Origin: the human T2T-CHM13v2.0 reference genome, Homo sapiens
Strand: one strand, 5' to 3'
DNA: 64,000 nt
Assembly (NCBI RefSeq): GCF_009914755.1
Contig: NC_060936.1
The translations under genes and the position numbers were made by a program. The first letter of the stretch is position 1; each line of letters begins with the position of its first letter. Shown here piece by piece: positions 1 through 12,903 of this stretch. The notes under the pieces were generated by a model. That model saw only the letters and a list, made by a program, of their open reading frames with translations. It made no database searches and was not told where the DNA came from.

Positions 1-900
1 TTCAGGGTACATCAATGAAGAAAGAAAGTTTATTTTTTCAGAACTGACAAGTATAACAGGAAATACAGACAAGTTTACAGTTATAATGAGAAAGACATTA
101 TAACAAGAGTAGATTCAGAAAACAGTATAACCGGATAAAGAGGTATAGAAACCAGATTAAAGGAGTTAAAGAAGGCTATAAATAAGGAGAATGACTCAGG
201 AGTATGATTTAAGCATGCAAGAGAGAAAGGGCCAACCATTGTAAGAATGTGGAGGTTGAAGTATGATAATTTTTAGAAAGTCACAGGTTTGGTATAAAAG
301 CACTGGAATGATCTTTGGGCACAGGTAGTTACTACATGGTTTTAACTAAAAAGGTGAAGGAGTTTGAGAGTATTCTCAATAGTAGCTGGTGACATAAATT
401 AGTACTAAGTGGAAGTGAGAGAGAGAAGATAAGAAATCAAAGAAATTAACCTTGTAAGGGGGGAAAATAAAAGATAGAAGAAAATTGATTTTAAAAAGTG
501 GGACATTTTAACTTAAATTTTAAATTAAAGTTTCAGAGTTAGAGCAGAAGGAAATAACTTTTTTTAAAATTTAAGACCATTTTAAAAGAAAAGTAATCAG
601 AACTTTGAAAAGAGACATAGTGGGTTATCCTTCAAAAACCAAAGAAAATGCCTCATTTACAAAAAATATTTCAGGAAACAGAGTAAAATGCTAGAAGACT
701 TCTAGTTAGTATTTTCAATAGTTGTATCTAAAAATATAGAGAAGATTATCATCAAGGGAAAACCAGCTGAAATCTCAAAAAGATTTTTCAGAATTTAAAA
801 ACTTAACTGACAAATTATAAGCCACAGTGAAAATAGTAGAGTAAATATTGTAAAAATCGTACCAGTAACATTAAGAGAGAAAAATCAAGAAGTACTCCTA

Positions 901-1160
901 GGCCGGAAGTCAAGGCACATTCCTATAATTCCAGCACTTGCAAGGTCGAGGCGGGAAGATTGCCTGAGCCCAGGAGTTTGAGACTAGCCTGGCAAACATA
1001 CAGAGGCCGTTTTTTATACAAAACATTTAAAAATTAGCCAGGCATAGTGGTGCACAGTTTTAGTCCCAGCTGCTTGGAAGGCTGTGGTGACCCGTGATTG
1101 CACCACTGCATTCCAGCCTGGGTGACAGGGCAAGACCCTGTCTTTAAAAAAGAAAAAGAA
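901..1160 (+). mobile_element. Old Alu (AluJ-like), right arm internally deleted
   Basis: Diverged Alu left and right arms with A tail; TSD AAGTACTCCTA at 890-900 and 1161-1171. Confidence 0.85.
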
Positions 1161-1532
1161 AAGTACTCCTAGAATTCAAAGTGAATTAACTTAAAAAAAA
1201 AACTTCTTAAATTGAAGAACTTCATATTAAAGTTAAATGGGAGAAGAGAGTTACAATGTGTAAAATCATTATGCAGCATATGCCTTCTTCAAATGAACAA
1301 CAAAAAGAGAGCACAAGGTATGAAATGGCAATTTACAGATGGCTAACAAAAAGCTAACAAGTATATGTATAGATAATCAACTTTTGCACAGAAATGCAAA
1401 ATGAAACATAAATTATACTGTTCTTTACATTCATCAGAGGGGTGAATGTTTGAAAAGTAGATAATGTCAAGAGTTAGTAAGGATGCTTGGGGACTGGGAG
1501 CTTCATGAATTACTGATAGAATTGTCAACTAG

Positions 1533-1833
1533 CGGACGGGCACATTGGCTCACAGTGTAATCCCAGCACTTTGGGAGGCTGAGGTGGGCGGATCACGAGG
1601 TCGGGAGATGGAGACCATCCTGGCTAACATGGTGAAACCCCGTCTCTACTAAAAAAAAAAATACAAAAAATTAGCCAGGCGTGGTAGCGGGCGCCTGTAG
1701 TCCCAGCTACTCGGGAGGCTGGGCAGGAGAATGGTATGAACCCGGTGGAGCTTGCAGTGAGCCGAGATCACACCACTGCACTCCAGCCTGGGCGACAGAG
1801 CGAGACTCCGTCTCAAAAAAAAAAAAAAAAAAA
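1533..1833 (+). mobile_element. AluY-like
   Basis: gatcacgaggtc, ccatcctggctaac, ggagcttgcagtgagccgagat; CpG-rich; pure A tail; TSD GTCAACTAG at 1524-1532 and 1834-1842. Confidence 0.9.
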
Positions 1834-1858
1834 GTCAACTAGTATGGCCATGTTGACA

Positions 1859-1968
1859 TGAATTTTGCCAATAATTTAGTGACACATTAACCTAGTATCC
1901 CATGCAAACCCAGTGAATTTTGGCAATAATTTAGTGAAATATTAATCAAGTATCCCGCATAAACCAGC
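1859..1968. repeat. Diverged ~55-bp tandem duplication
   Basis: tgaattttgccaataatttagtgac...tagtatccc repeated as tgaatttttggcaataatttagtgaa...aagtatccc. Confidence 0.8.
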
Positions 1969-2713
1969 TATCCCATTCCTATGTATAAACAGTAGGGCAA
2001 TTCTTCCACTAGCCTATAGGAAACACATAGGAATATGTCTTAGTGAAGTATTTATAATAGTGGGTAATTTGTGTTTATCATTAGAGGAATATTTATATGA
2101 TATATGTACACCATGTATTACTATGTCCCAGATGAAACAAATTAATAATATAAACTTTAGAAAGAGAAAAATCTTAAAGCAGAGCATGTTAAGAGAAAAA
2201 TTAAGAAATAAAATAGTAGATATGACACAATACACTTATGTAAACTAAAAACACATATGAACAAAAATAATAAATATTTTATAAGGATATGTATAGACAC
2301 ATATCCAATAAAATAGATCAAATACTTTAGAGTGAATATCAGTGTTAAAGAAGGGAAATAGCTTACTAAAAGAGAGTAATCTTGTATACATCTATAATGA
2401 CAGTTCCCCATAAAGAATATGTCTAACTCAAGTGTCTCTTAGTTCCAAAAGGAAAAGCATGAGAAAATAATTAGAGAAATTATAAAATAAATTATGAAAA
2501 ATAAGAAATACCTATCCAGAGGAGGCAATGAACATACTCATGCATATTATACCTTGACTGTAAATCAAAACATATATTTTATTCTTTATCTATATTACAG
2601 AACAAAATAGACAAAGCAAAAATAATTCTCAAAGGAAGAAAATGAAGCAAAATATTTTCTAAGCTGAAAAAAATCCAAAATCTGGCAATCAAAAGAGCTA
2701 TATGAAAATACAG

Positions 2714-3090
2714 TGTATTAGATAGGATTGATTGAGTTATATTGCAAACAACCTCCAAGTTAACTATCTTAACCCAACTGAAGTATTTTTCTTGCTTCTA
2801 AAAAGTCTGCTAAGGGTCTAGTAACATTTGAGGGCAGCTGTTCTCCACACAGTGGCTGAGTGTTCCAAGCTGTTTCTACATTGTGGCACTCAATTTCAAC
2901 ATGAGCATCCACAATTCATGTGGTAGAGAAATAAAACTCAGAGAATCAAAGACCAACTCTAAAATGCACACGTCCCTTCTGCTCTCAGCCCGTTAATTAG
3001 AACTCATGACATGGCCAGTTATCAAGAATACTAAAAAATAAAAGGTTGCATAAGCCCAGGAACAGAGAAGAAACAGATATATGGGTAAGC
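2714..3090 (-). mobile_element. Ancient ERVL/MaLR solo LTR (LTR33/MLT1-like)
   Basis: tgtattag... terminus and degenerate LTR33-like motifs. Confidence 0.4.
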
Positions 3091-3339
3091 ACAAGTAATA
3101 CTTCTTCATACAGTATATAAATCTCTTAATTGAGGCAAATTGATAATTTAAAAAATTAGTGAATAAATATTTATAATGATTCATCCAAAATGAAGTTTAT
3201 GTGTAAGAAAGGAAATCCTTCAACTAGAGGTTTGAATGTTTTCAGTATACTCCAGGTGCATGCATTTATTAACGATGTAATTATTAATAAATAAATAAAT
3301 TTCTTAGAGTCACAATCTAATTATCCTGAATATAATAGT

Positions 3340-3575
3340 TGATAATAGTACAAATGTTCTCAGTGCTTACCCTGTGTAAGTCATTCCTCTAAATGTTTTG
3401 CATGTATAGCTCATGTAATCTTCACAACCACCTCTGAGGTTGGATTAAGTATCCTCATTTTGTAGTTGAGCATACTCAGAAAGGTTAAATAATTTTTTTG
3501 AAGTCACAGAGATACAATAATAGAGTAGCAGAAATCAGAGCCTAGGCAGGTTGACAACATCCCAGCATGAAGCTT
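3340..3575 (-). mobile_element. MIR
   Basis: MIR core (atcctcattttgtagttgag...ctcagaaaggttaaataa). Confidence 0.7.
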
Positions 3576-3617
3576 TTGTCATCTTATGTCATTCCTATCT
3601 TCTCAATGTCACATGAT

Positions 3618-3966
3618 TGTATTAGTCTGTTTTCATGCTGCTGATAACGACATACCTGGGACTGGGAAGAAAAAGGTTTAATTGGACTTACAGTTCCACA
3701 TGGCTGGGGAGGATTCAGAATCATGGTGGGAGGCAAAAGGTACTTCTCACATGGCAGCAGCAAGAGAAAATGAGAGGACGAAAGAGGAAACCCGTGATAA
3801 ACCCATCAGATCTCGTGAGACTTATTCAGTATCACGAGAATAGCATGGGAAAGACCATCCCCCATGATTCAATTACCTCCCCCTAGGTCCCTCCCACAAC
3901 TCGAGGGAATTCTGGGGGATACAATTCAAGTTGAGATTTGAATGGGGACACAGCCAAACCATGTCA
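3618..3966 (-). mobile_element. THE1 (THE1C-like) MaLR solo LTR
   Basis: tgtattagtctgttttcatgctgctg...ggggacacagccaaaccatgtca; 5-bp TSD ATGAT/GTGAT. Confidence 0.9.
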
Positions 3967-4232
3967 GTGATCAACTGGAATAACAAATGAGATTATAAAA
4001 GTACTTTACAAATTACAATGCTCCGCACAAAAAATAGATGATTCACAAAAATCTGCAGATACTTTTCTCACATTGTTTGGCTACCATACCTTTGAGTCAT
4101 CTTATGTCATTCCTATCCACTCAATGTCAGGTGATCAATTGGAATAGCAAATAAAATTATAAAAGTACTTTACGAGTTACAAAACTCTGCACAAAAATAG
4201 ATGGTTTACAAAAATCTGCAGATACTTTTCTT

Positions 4233-4274
4233 TTTTATTTTATTTTATTATTATTATACTTTAAGTTTTAGGGT
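4233..4274 (-). mobile_element. Ultra-truncated L1PA insertion (~20 nt of 3'UTR plus tail)
   Basis: ttattatactttaagttttagggt flanked by CTG[C/A]AGATACTTTTCTT TSD (4216-4232, 4275-4291). Confidence 0.85.
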
Positions 4275-5254
4275 CTGAAGATACTTTTCTTACATTCTTT
4301 GGCTACCATACCTTTCAGACATAAAATATTCAGTTAAAAATAAAAACAGTAAGATTTGTTATTTCTTGCCACCCCTCACATCTTAGGATTTTTTCCATCA
4401 TAGGTATAGATTACTCTTGCCATTATCTTTTTAGAAATAGAGAATTATAAAAGTATACTAATTATTTGAGCTCCACTATAAACAATGCTATCCAGAAAAA
4501 GATAAACTTTTCCAAACATCACTTAATCTGTTCAAATCTGTATGGAAATACTTTTTTATTAAAATCTACCATATTAAGCTTGCAAATTTATCCTGTGAAA
4601 ATATGAGCATTTTACCCATAATTATACTATTTTCATTGTGTCAGACAACTATATTTTGTTTCATAATTTGATTTATTTATGCCAAATAATTGATTTGATT
4701 AAGTATTTTCACTTTCAAGCAAATGTTTTGTTTCCTCTTCTTCATATTTCTTTCTATGTCAACCTAGTGAAAGCTACCTCCTTAGATGGGAAGATACCAC
4801 TCGTAATTTGATAATTACAATTGGTTTGTATCTAACCTGTTAACTGAGAAGTTTTACTGGGCCTCTGCTACTCATGGCCCTTAGAGTCCAGAAGCAGGAG
4901 TTAACTCTAATCCTGTAAGCCTTCCTGATCTCTGAACTTTATCCACTCCTTACAAACTATGTTTGAAAACCAAACAATTCATACCAGAACTCATATCTTC
5001 TTGTAATATCTTGCTAAAGGCAGCCAATATTAGCCAACAATGGCTCTCATATTCTAGTTCTTCATAACAATTCTCTTCCATCTTTAGGTTCACTGAGCAC
5101 ATGGCTGCCTTCAAAGTTACCACAGGCAACAGCTGCCTTACAGCATCACAGAGCTTTTGTGCCTCCTACTTTATTTTATTTCTTCTTCTTTGTTGACTAT
5201 CATTCAACTACAAAGTCATAACCACACAGTTTAGATATGTTATGGCAGAACCCC

Positions 5255-5700
5255 ATTATTAATTTTTTTATTAGTTAGAATAATGTTAATAAACATATCT
5301 GAAATATGAGTGGCTTGATATAACTACATTTCTTGTGTGTGTAAAAATCCAATTTGTAGGCATTCCAAATTAGAAGGAGGGACTTTTGATATGTACTCAG
5401 GATAACAGACAATGTCATATTTAATACATGAGCTAAGGTTACCCTGCACATTGACTTCTGTCCAAGAGAGGAAAAGAGTGTTTGGAGAAGATAATCTTTC
5501 TTCTTAACTACCTTGGCCTAAAAGTAGAACACATCATTTTTCTTAGCTTTCCCCTGTAAAAACAAGACACAGGTACTGCCTAGATGCAAAGATTATTGAA
5601 AAATATAATCTCTGCATAGGTAGACAACATGAAGCAGTAACACCACATGACAGAAAGAGAATGAATATTGTCATTCGACAGCCAACCATTTCTGCCAAGC
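5255..5700 (-). mobile_element. Ancient LTR33-like LTR
   Basis: Degenerate motifs resembling 2714-3090. Confidence 0.3.
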
Positions 5701-5874
5701 AGAAACAATCAGACATTTACTGCTCAAAGTTTATTGGCTATTTTTTTTTTTTTACTGGTTACTGTTATATTGCTTTCATTTAGTCTAGGAAACACCTATA
5801 CTTGCATCCCTGTTTTCTAGGGTTGGCTTCTTCTAACTCAATAATGATTTATTTATTTGTCATCATATTTGAAA

Positions 5875-6003
5875 CACTTAGGAGCCTTAATGAATACTGA
5901 TATCTGGATCTAATCATAATCTCTGGGTTAAAGACTTAGGTACAGTACTTAGTAAAATCTTATCTGGTGATTCTAATTGGCTGCCAGAGTTGAGGACCTC
6001 TGC
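5875..6003. mobile_element. MER5-like hAT MITE
   Basis: ggtgattctaat...gccagagttgaggacctctg terminus. Confidence 0.55.
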
Positions 6004-6493
6004 CTGCCATGTGTGAGAAGTCAGAACTCTTGTAATTATATACCTCCTGAGTGGACTATACTCAATGATCAGTTGCCTCCTGTTCCTTTGCAGGCTTATA
6101 TTCACTTTGCTGCTAAGTTTCCTGAAACCCCTTTTGCTTCTCTGTTGGCACCAGCAAAAAAAGTGAATGTGGGGTCCCCTAAAAATAATTACAATTTGGT
6201 GTTGGGTATGGGTGTGCAGGTGTAATGTGACATAACTTGGAGTTGGCTTGAAATCTTGCAAGTTGTTTTCTAATATTTAAAGGTTCTTTTGAGAAGATAC
6301 AACTCAATGACAGAGAGGATAGGCAGAACTCTTTGTTATTTATGATCCAAATGGGAGAAGGTTGACAGGCAAGAACAAACAGGAAGTTGCATCCAGGGAC
6401 AGGGTGACAGCAAGCAGTAGCTGCACGGAGGGTAGTTTATGTGTGGGAGTTGGAATGGGGAAAGCTAAGTTTCTCAAGCTCCCTATTGGTTGG

Positions 6494-6872
6494 TGTATTA
6501 ATCCATTCTTGTGCTGCTATAAAGAACTACCTGAGACTGGGTAATTTATAAAGGAAAGAAGTCTAATTGACTCACAGTTCCACAGGGTTGGGGAGGCCTC
6601 AGGAAACTTAGAATCATGGCAAAAGGGGAATCAAGTACATTCTTCTTCATAAGGTGGCAGGAAGGTGAAGTGCTGAGCAAAGGGGGAAAAGCCCCTTATA
6701 AAACCACCAGATTTCATGAAAACTCACTCACTATCCTAAGAATAACAATGGAGTAACCACCCCCATGATTCGATTACCTCCCACTGAGTTCCTCCCACGA
6801 CATGTCATGTGGGGATTATAGGAAATACAATTCAAGATAAGATTTGGGTAGGGTCACAGCCAAACCATATTA
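6494..6872 (-). mobile_element. THE1D-like solo LTR, apparently nested in an older LTR (~6260-7070)
   Basis: tgtattaatccattc...cagccaaaccatatta; TSD GTTGG/ATTGG. Confidence 0.85.
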
Positions 6873-9320
6873 ATTGGCTAGTTTGAATAATTTTGAGGAC
6901 TTCCAGGGTTAGGGGCTTTCATTAGTTATGGCCCCAGGACAATTAAGTCAGCTACTTAGTGGACCTAGAGTGTAAGAGTCTGATAAGAGATGTGGTTGGG
7001 GTGTGAATTTAACCAGTTGCTTAAGAAGTAGAACCTACCAACCTCTAGCCAGAACCTCAAAACTGGGTCAAGGTAGAGAGTATGAAATGATGGTTCAGTA
7101 AGGTATAGGTAAAGGTTAGTGGTATGTGATTGCAGTCAAATAGTTGTGGTGGTCACGGTAAGCAACTTGGAGTGCGAGGTCATGGTGGAAGGCTAGATCG
7201 GTGAAATAAGAGAAGGTGCTGGAGAGTGAGAGATATTCTCCCAAGGGAATCAAGGAATGGGTCAATATGAAGCAGTTGCTTCCAGAGGAAAGCAATAATC
7301 TCTTTTTTTTTTTTTTTTAGGATGGCACAGATACCATTAATAGTGCCTTCTACAAGGTTTTTTAGGATTGGGAATGTAGGGGTGAACTTGCGGTGTGTTG
7401 CTTCCATAATTCAAGACATAATGGGAAGGTGGGTACAGAGGGTCACAGGCTCAGGATCTGTGACAGCCTTTATTTTCAAAAAAGAACAGTATGTGGGCAG
7501 CAGTTGCTGCTCTAATGGTGTATAGCACAGGATGAAAAAGAACCGTTTCTTGTATCAGAAGCCCATGGGCAATGTAAGGCCATCATAAGTCATCCAGAGA
7601 CGCTGGGAGATTGCCAAAGCTTCTAAATTGAAGGAGTTTCTGAGGACGGTAACAGGATTGCCTGCTGGTTTTAATTCGGACAGATTCTAGAACGTTTTGT
7701 TGAGCCTTAAATGGCTTTCCATTTAAGATGGACTGATTTGTTAGTAGCAGCAGCAGTGAGATTAAATAAAATTTGTAAATGAGGAATCTGTTGCCTCCAA
7801 AATCCAAAAAAGACTAAGATATTGGACTTGCATGTCCTTAATAAGTATGTCAAATGAATCTCTTCAGGGGAAGATTCCATCACTGTAACATCCTACCTAT
7901 GCTTCTAGAAAAGATGCTGCATGTAAGGTCTTGTCTGCGAAGACTGTGTGTGACGAAAAGCTATTGAGACACCCTCTGGGTAGCCCTGTGAAAGTGTGCT
8001 ACATTCCTTCTAAGGTGAAAGCAAACTGCAGCTGAGACGCTGGTGTGAAATAGCCACTGTATAAAATGTATTATCCAAACCTATAATGGCAAGAAATTTA
8101 TCAATTATTGATTGGATGAAGTTAGCAATTTTATTAATATTGGTTATTGGGTAGGAAGGCCTTAATGGATAGAGACACAGCATTTAGGTTACAGTAATCA
8201 CTGTGTGGTGCCATTCATTCTTTCCAGGTTTAAGAAGACGCCTAATTGGACTGTCAAATAGAAAATCAGTGGCAAACCCATTGATTAATTAGGTCTTACA
8301 TAGAAGAAGTTATCATCTTCAAAGTCAAGCTTCAACTTATTTTGGGCCATATTAACTGTTTTAACTGGGGATCTATGAGGTCCCATTTTGTCAAACCAGT
8401 TTGTTACTGTCAAAGATTTAATTTTAATTTCCTACTCACTGTGTCAGAGTGTCTATGCCTCCTATGGGATATTTTAGATCCATGAGTACTATGGCTGTGG
8501 GAAATTTAGGCAAAGCTATATAGTTAAAATGAAGCAAACCTATTTTCCTCTATTTTATATTTAGTTATTTTCCCATGATTATAGGGGATACCATGTTTAT
8601 GCATAGTAGGATCCCATATGCAACTGTAATTTGATCCCCAGTATTGATTAAATCCATGAAGCTTGGCCAGTTGGTGCATTTTAGCAAATGTTCAAATTAA
8701 TCCAGATTCTATGCTGTAGAGGCACAAAAGACAATCAGCAACCTTTCTGTTTGTTATTAATATATAAATTATTTTAATACATTTTGGATTCCCAATTGGG
8801 TCATATTATAGATCTTTGTTTCAATTTAACTGCATAATAATTAAACACATATAATATTTAAATATGTTTGTTAATGTTATATGGTTAAATATGTAATTAA
8901 AATGAAACAAAGGTCTATGACATATATCTGTGTATGTGTATGTGCTTTTAATTCCCTCCCCTTCTATCCAAGATATGTTTTATTCTTTTTTTTTCACTAT
9001 TACTATACTTTAAGTTCTAGGGTACATGTGCACAATGTGCAGGTTTGTTACATATGTATACATGTGCCATGCTGGTGTGCTGCACCCATTAACTCATCAT
9101 TTACATTCGGTATTTCTCTTAATCTATCCCTCCCCCATCCCCCACCCCACGACAAGCCCTGGTATGTGCTGTTCCCCGCCATGTGTCCAAGTGTTCTCCT
9201 TGTTCGATTCTCACCTATGAGTGAGAACATGTGGTGTTTGGTTTTCTGTCCTTGCGATAGTTTGCTCAGAATGATGGTTTCCAGCTTCACGCTTCATCCA
9301 TGTCCCTAGAAAGGACATGA

Positions 9321-9640
<320 letters not shown>

Positions 9641-9698
9641 ACAACTAATCCTTTCTTATGGCTGCATAGTATACCATGGTGTATATGTGCCACATTTT

Positions 9699-10085
9699 TT
9701 TTCTTTTTCTTTTTTAAATTTTATTATTATTACACTTTAAGTTTTAGGGTACATGTGCACAGTGTGCAGGTTTGTTACATATGTATACATGTTCCATGTT
9801 GGTGTGCTGCACCCATTAACTCGTCATTTAACATTAGGTATATCTCCTAATGCTATCCCTCCCCTCTCCCCCCACCCCACAACAGTCCCCAGAGTGTGAT
9901 GTTCCCCTTCCTGTGTCCATGTGTTCTCATTGTTCAATTTCCACCTATGAGTGAGAACATGTGGTGTTTGGTTTTTTGTCCTTGCGATAGTTTGCTGAGA
10001 ATGATGGTTTCCAGTTTCATCCATGTCCCTACAAAGGACATGAACTCATCATTTTTTATGGCTGCATAGTATTCCATGGTGTATA
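9699..10085 (-). mobile_element. 5'-truncated L1PA4-like element nested in the host L1
   Basis: Second 3'UTR with its own tail and younger diagnostics (ttttagggtac, tttaacattagg, tcatcatttttt); flanked by GTGCCACATTTT at 9687-9698 and 10086-10097. Confidence 0.8.
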
Positions 10086-10849
10086 GTGCCACATTTTCTT
10101 TATCCAGTCTATCATTGATGGACATTTGGGTTGGTTCCAAGTCTTTGCTATCGTGAATAGTGCCACAATAAACATATGTGTGCTTGTGTCTTTATAGTAG
10201 CATGATTTCTAATCCTTTGGGCATATACTCAGTAATGGGATCCCTGGGTCAAATGGTATTTCCAGTTCTAGATCATTGAGGAATCACCACACTGTCTTCC
10301 ACAATGGTTGAACTAGTTTACACACCAACCAGCAGTGTAAAAGTGTTCCTATGTCTCCACATCCTCTCCAGCACCTGTTGTTTCCTGACTTTTTAATGAT
10401 TGCCATTCTAACATTCTAACTGGTGTGAGATGGTATCTCATTGTGGTTTTGATTTGCATTTCTCTGATGGCCAGTGATGATGAGCATTTTTTCATTTGTC
10501 TGTTGAATGCATAAATGTCTTCTTTTGAAAAGTGTCTGTTCATATCCTTTGCCCACTTTTTGATGGGGTTGTTTGATTTTTTTCTTGTAAATTTGTTTAA
10601 GTTCTTTGTAGATTCTGGATATTAGCCTTTTGTCAGATGGGTAGATGGTGAAAATGTTCTCCCATTCTGTAGATTGCCTATTCACTCTGATGGTAGTTTC
10701 TTTTGCTGTGCAGAAGCTCTTTAGTTTAATTAGATCCCATTTGTCAATTTTGGCTTTTGTTGCCATTGCTTTTGGTGTCTTAGTCATGAAGTCCTTGCCC
10801 ATGCCCATGTCCTGAATGGTATTGCCTAGGTTTTCTTCTAGGGTTTTTA

Positions 10850-10990
<141 letters not shown>

Positions 10991-11307
10991 TCATTTCTTG
11001 TTTTTGTCAGGTGTGTCAAAGATCAGATGGTTGTAGATGTGTGGTGTTATTTCTGAAGCCTCTGTTCTGTTCCATTGGTCTATATCTCTGTTTTGGTACC
11101 AGTACCATGCTGTTTTGGTTACTGTAGCCTTGTAGTATAGTTTGAAGTCAGGTAGCAGGATGCCTCCAGCTTTGTTCTTTTTGCTAAGGATTGTCTTGGC
11201 AATGCAGGCTCTTTTTTGGTTTTGTATGAACTTTAAAGAAGTTTTTTCCAATTCTGTGAAGAAAGTCATTGGTAGCTTGATGGGGATGGCATTGAATCTA
11301 TAAATTA

Positions 11308-12117
<810 letters not shown>

Positions 12118-12120
12118 TCA

Positions 12121-12272
<152 letters not shown>

Positions 12273-12582
12273 TCATTGGAATAGTTTCAGAAGGAATGGT
12301 AGCAGCTCCTCCTTGCACCTCTGGTAGAATTCGGCTGTGAATCCGTCTGGTCCTGGACTTTTTTTGGTTAGTAGGCTATTAATTATTGCCTCAATTTCAG
12401 GGCCTGTTATTGGTCTACTCAGGGATTCAACTTCTTCCTGGTTTAGTCTTGAGAGGGTGTATGTGTCCAGGAATTTATCCATTTGTTCTAGATTTTCTAG
12501 TTTATTTGTGTAGAGGTGTTTATAGTATTCTTTGATGGTAGTTTGCATTTCTGTGGGATAGGTGGTGATATCCTCTTTATCA

Positions 12583-12903
<321 letters not shown>

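Larger units (their letters stand above)
1290..2350 (+). mobile_element. Ancient L1M 3' remnant, interrupted by an Alu
   Basis: Degenerate L1 3'-end motifs (agaaatgcaaaatgaa..., ccagctatcccattcct...); boundaries approximate. Confidence 0.5.
3578..4316. repeat. ~165-bp tandem duplication; copy 1 (3578-4095) holds a THE1 LTR, copy 2 (4096-4316) holds a micro-L1
   Basis: gtcatcttatgtcattcctatc...ggctaccataccttt present twice. Confidence 0.9.

Noticed and set aside
7075-8750. Possible ERV internal sequence next to an old LTR
   Set aside because: No gag/pol/env motif could be identified.
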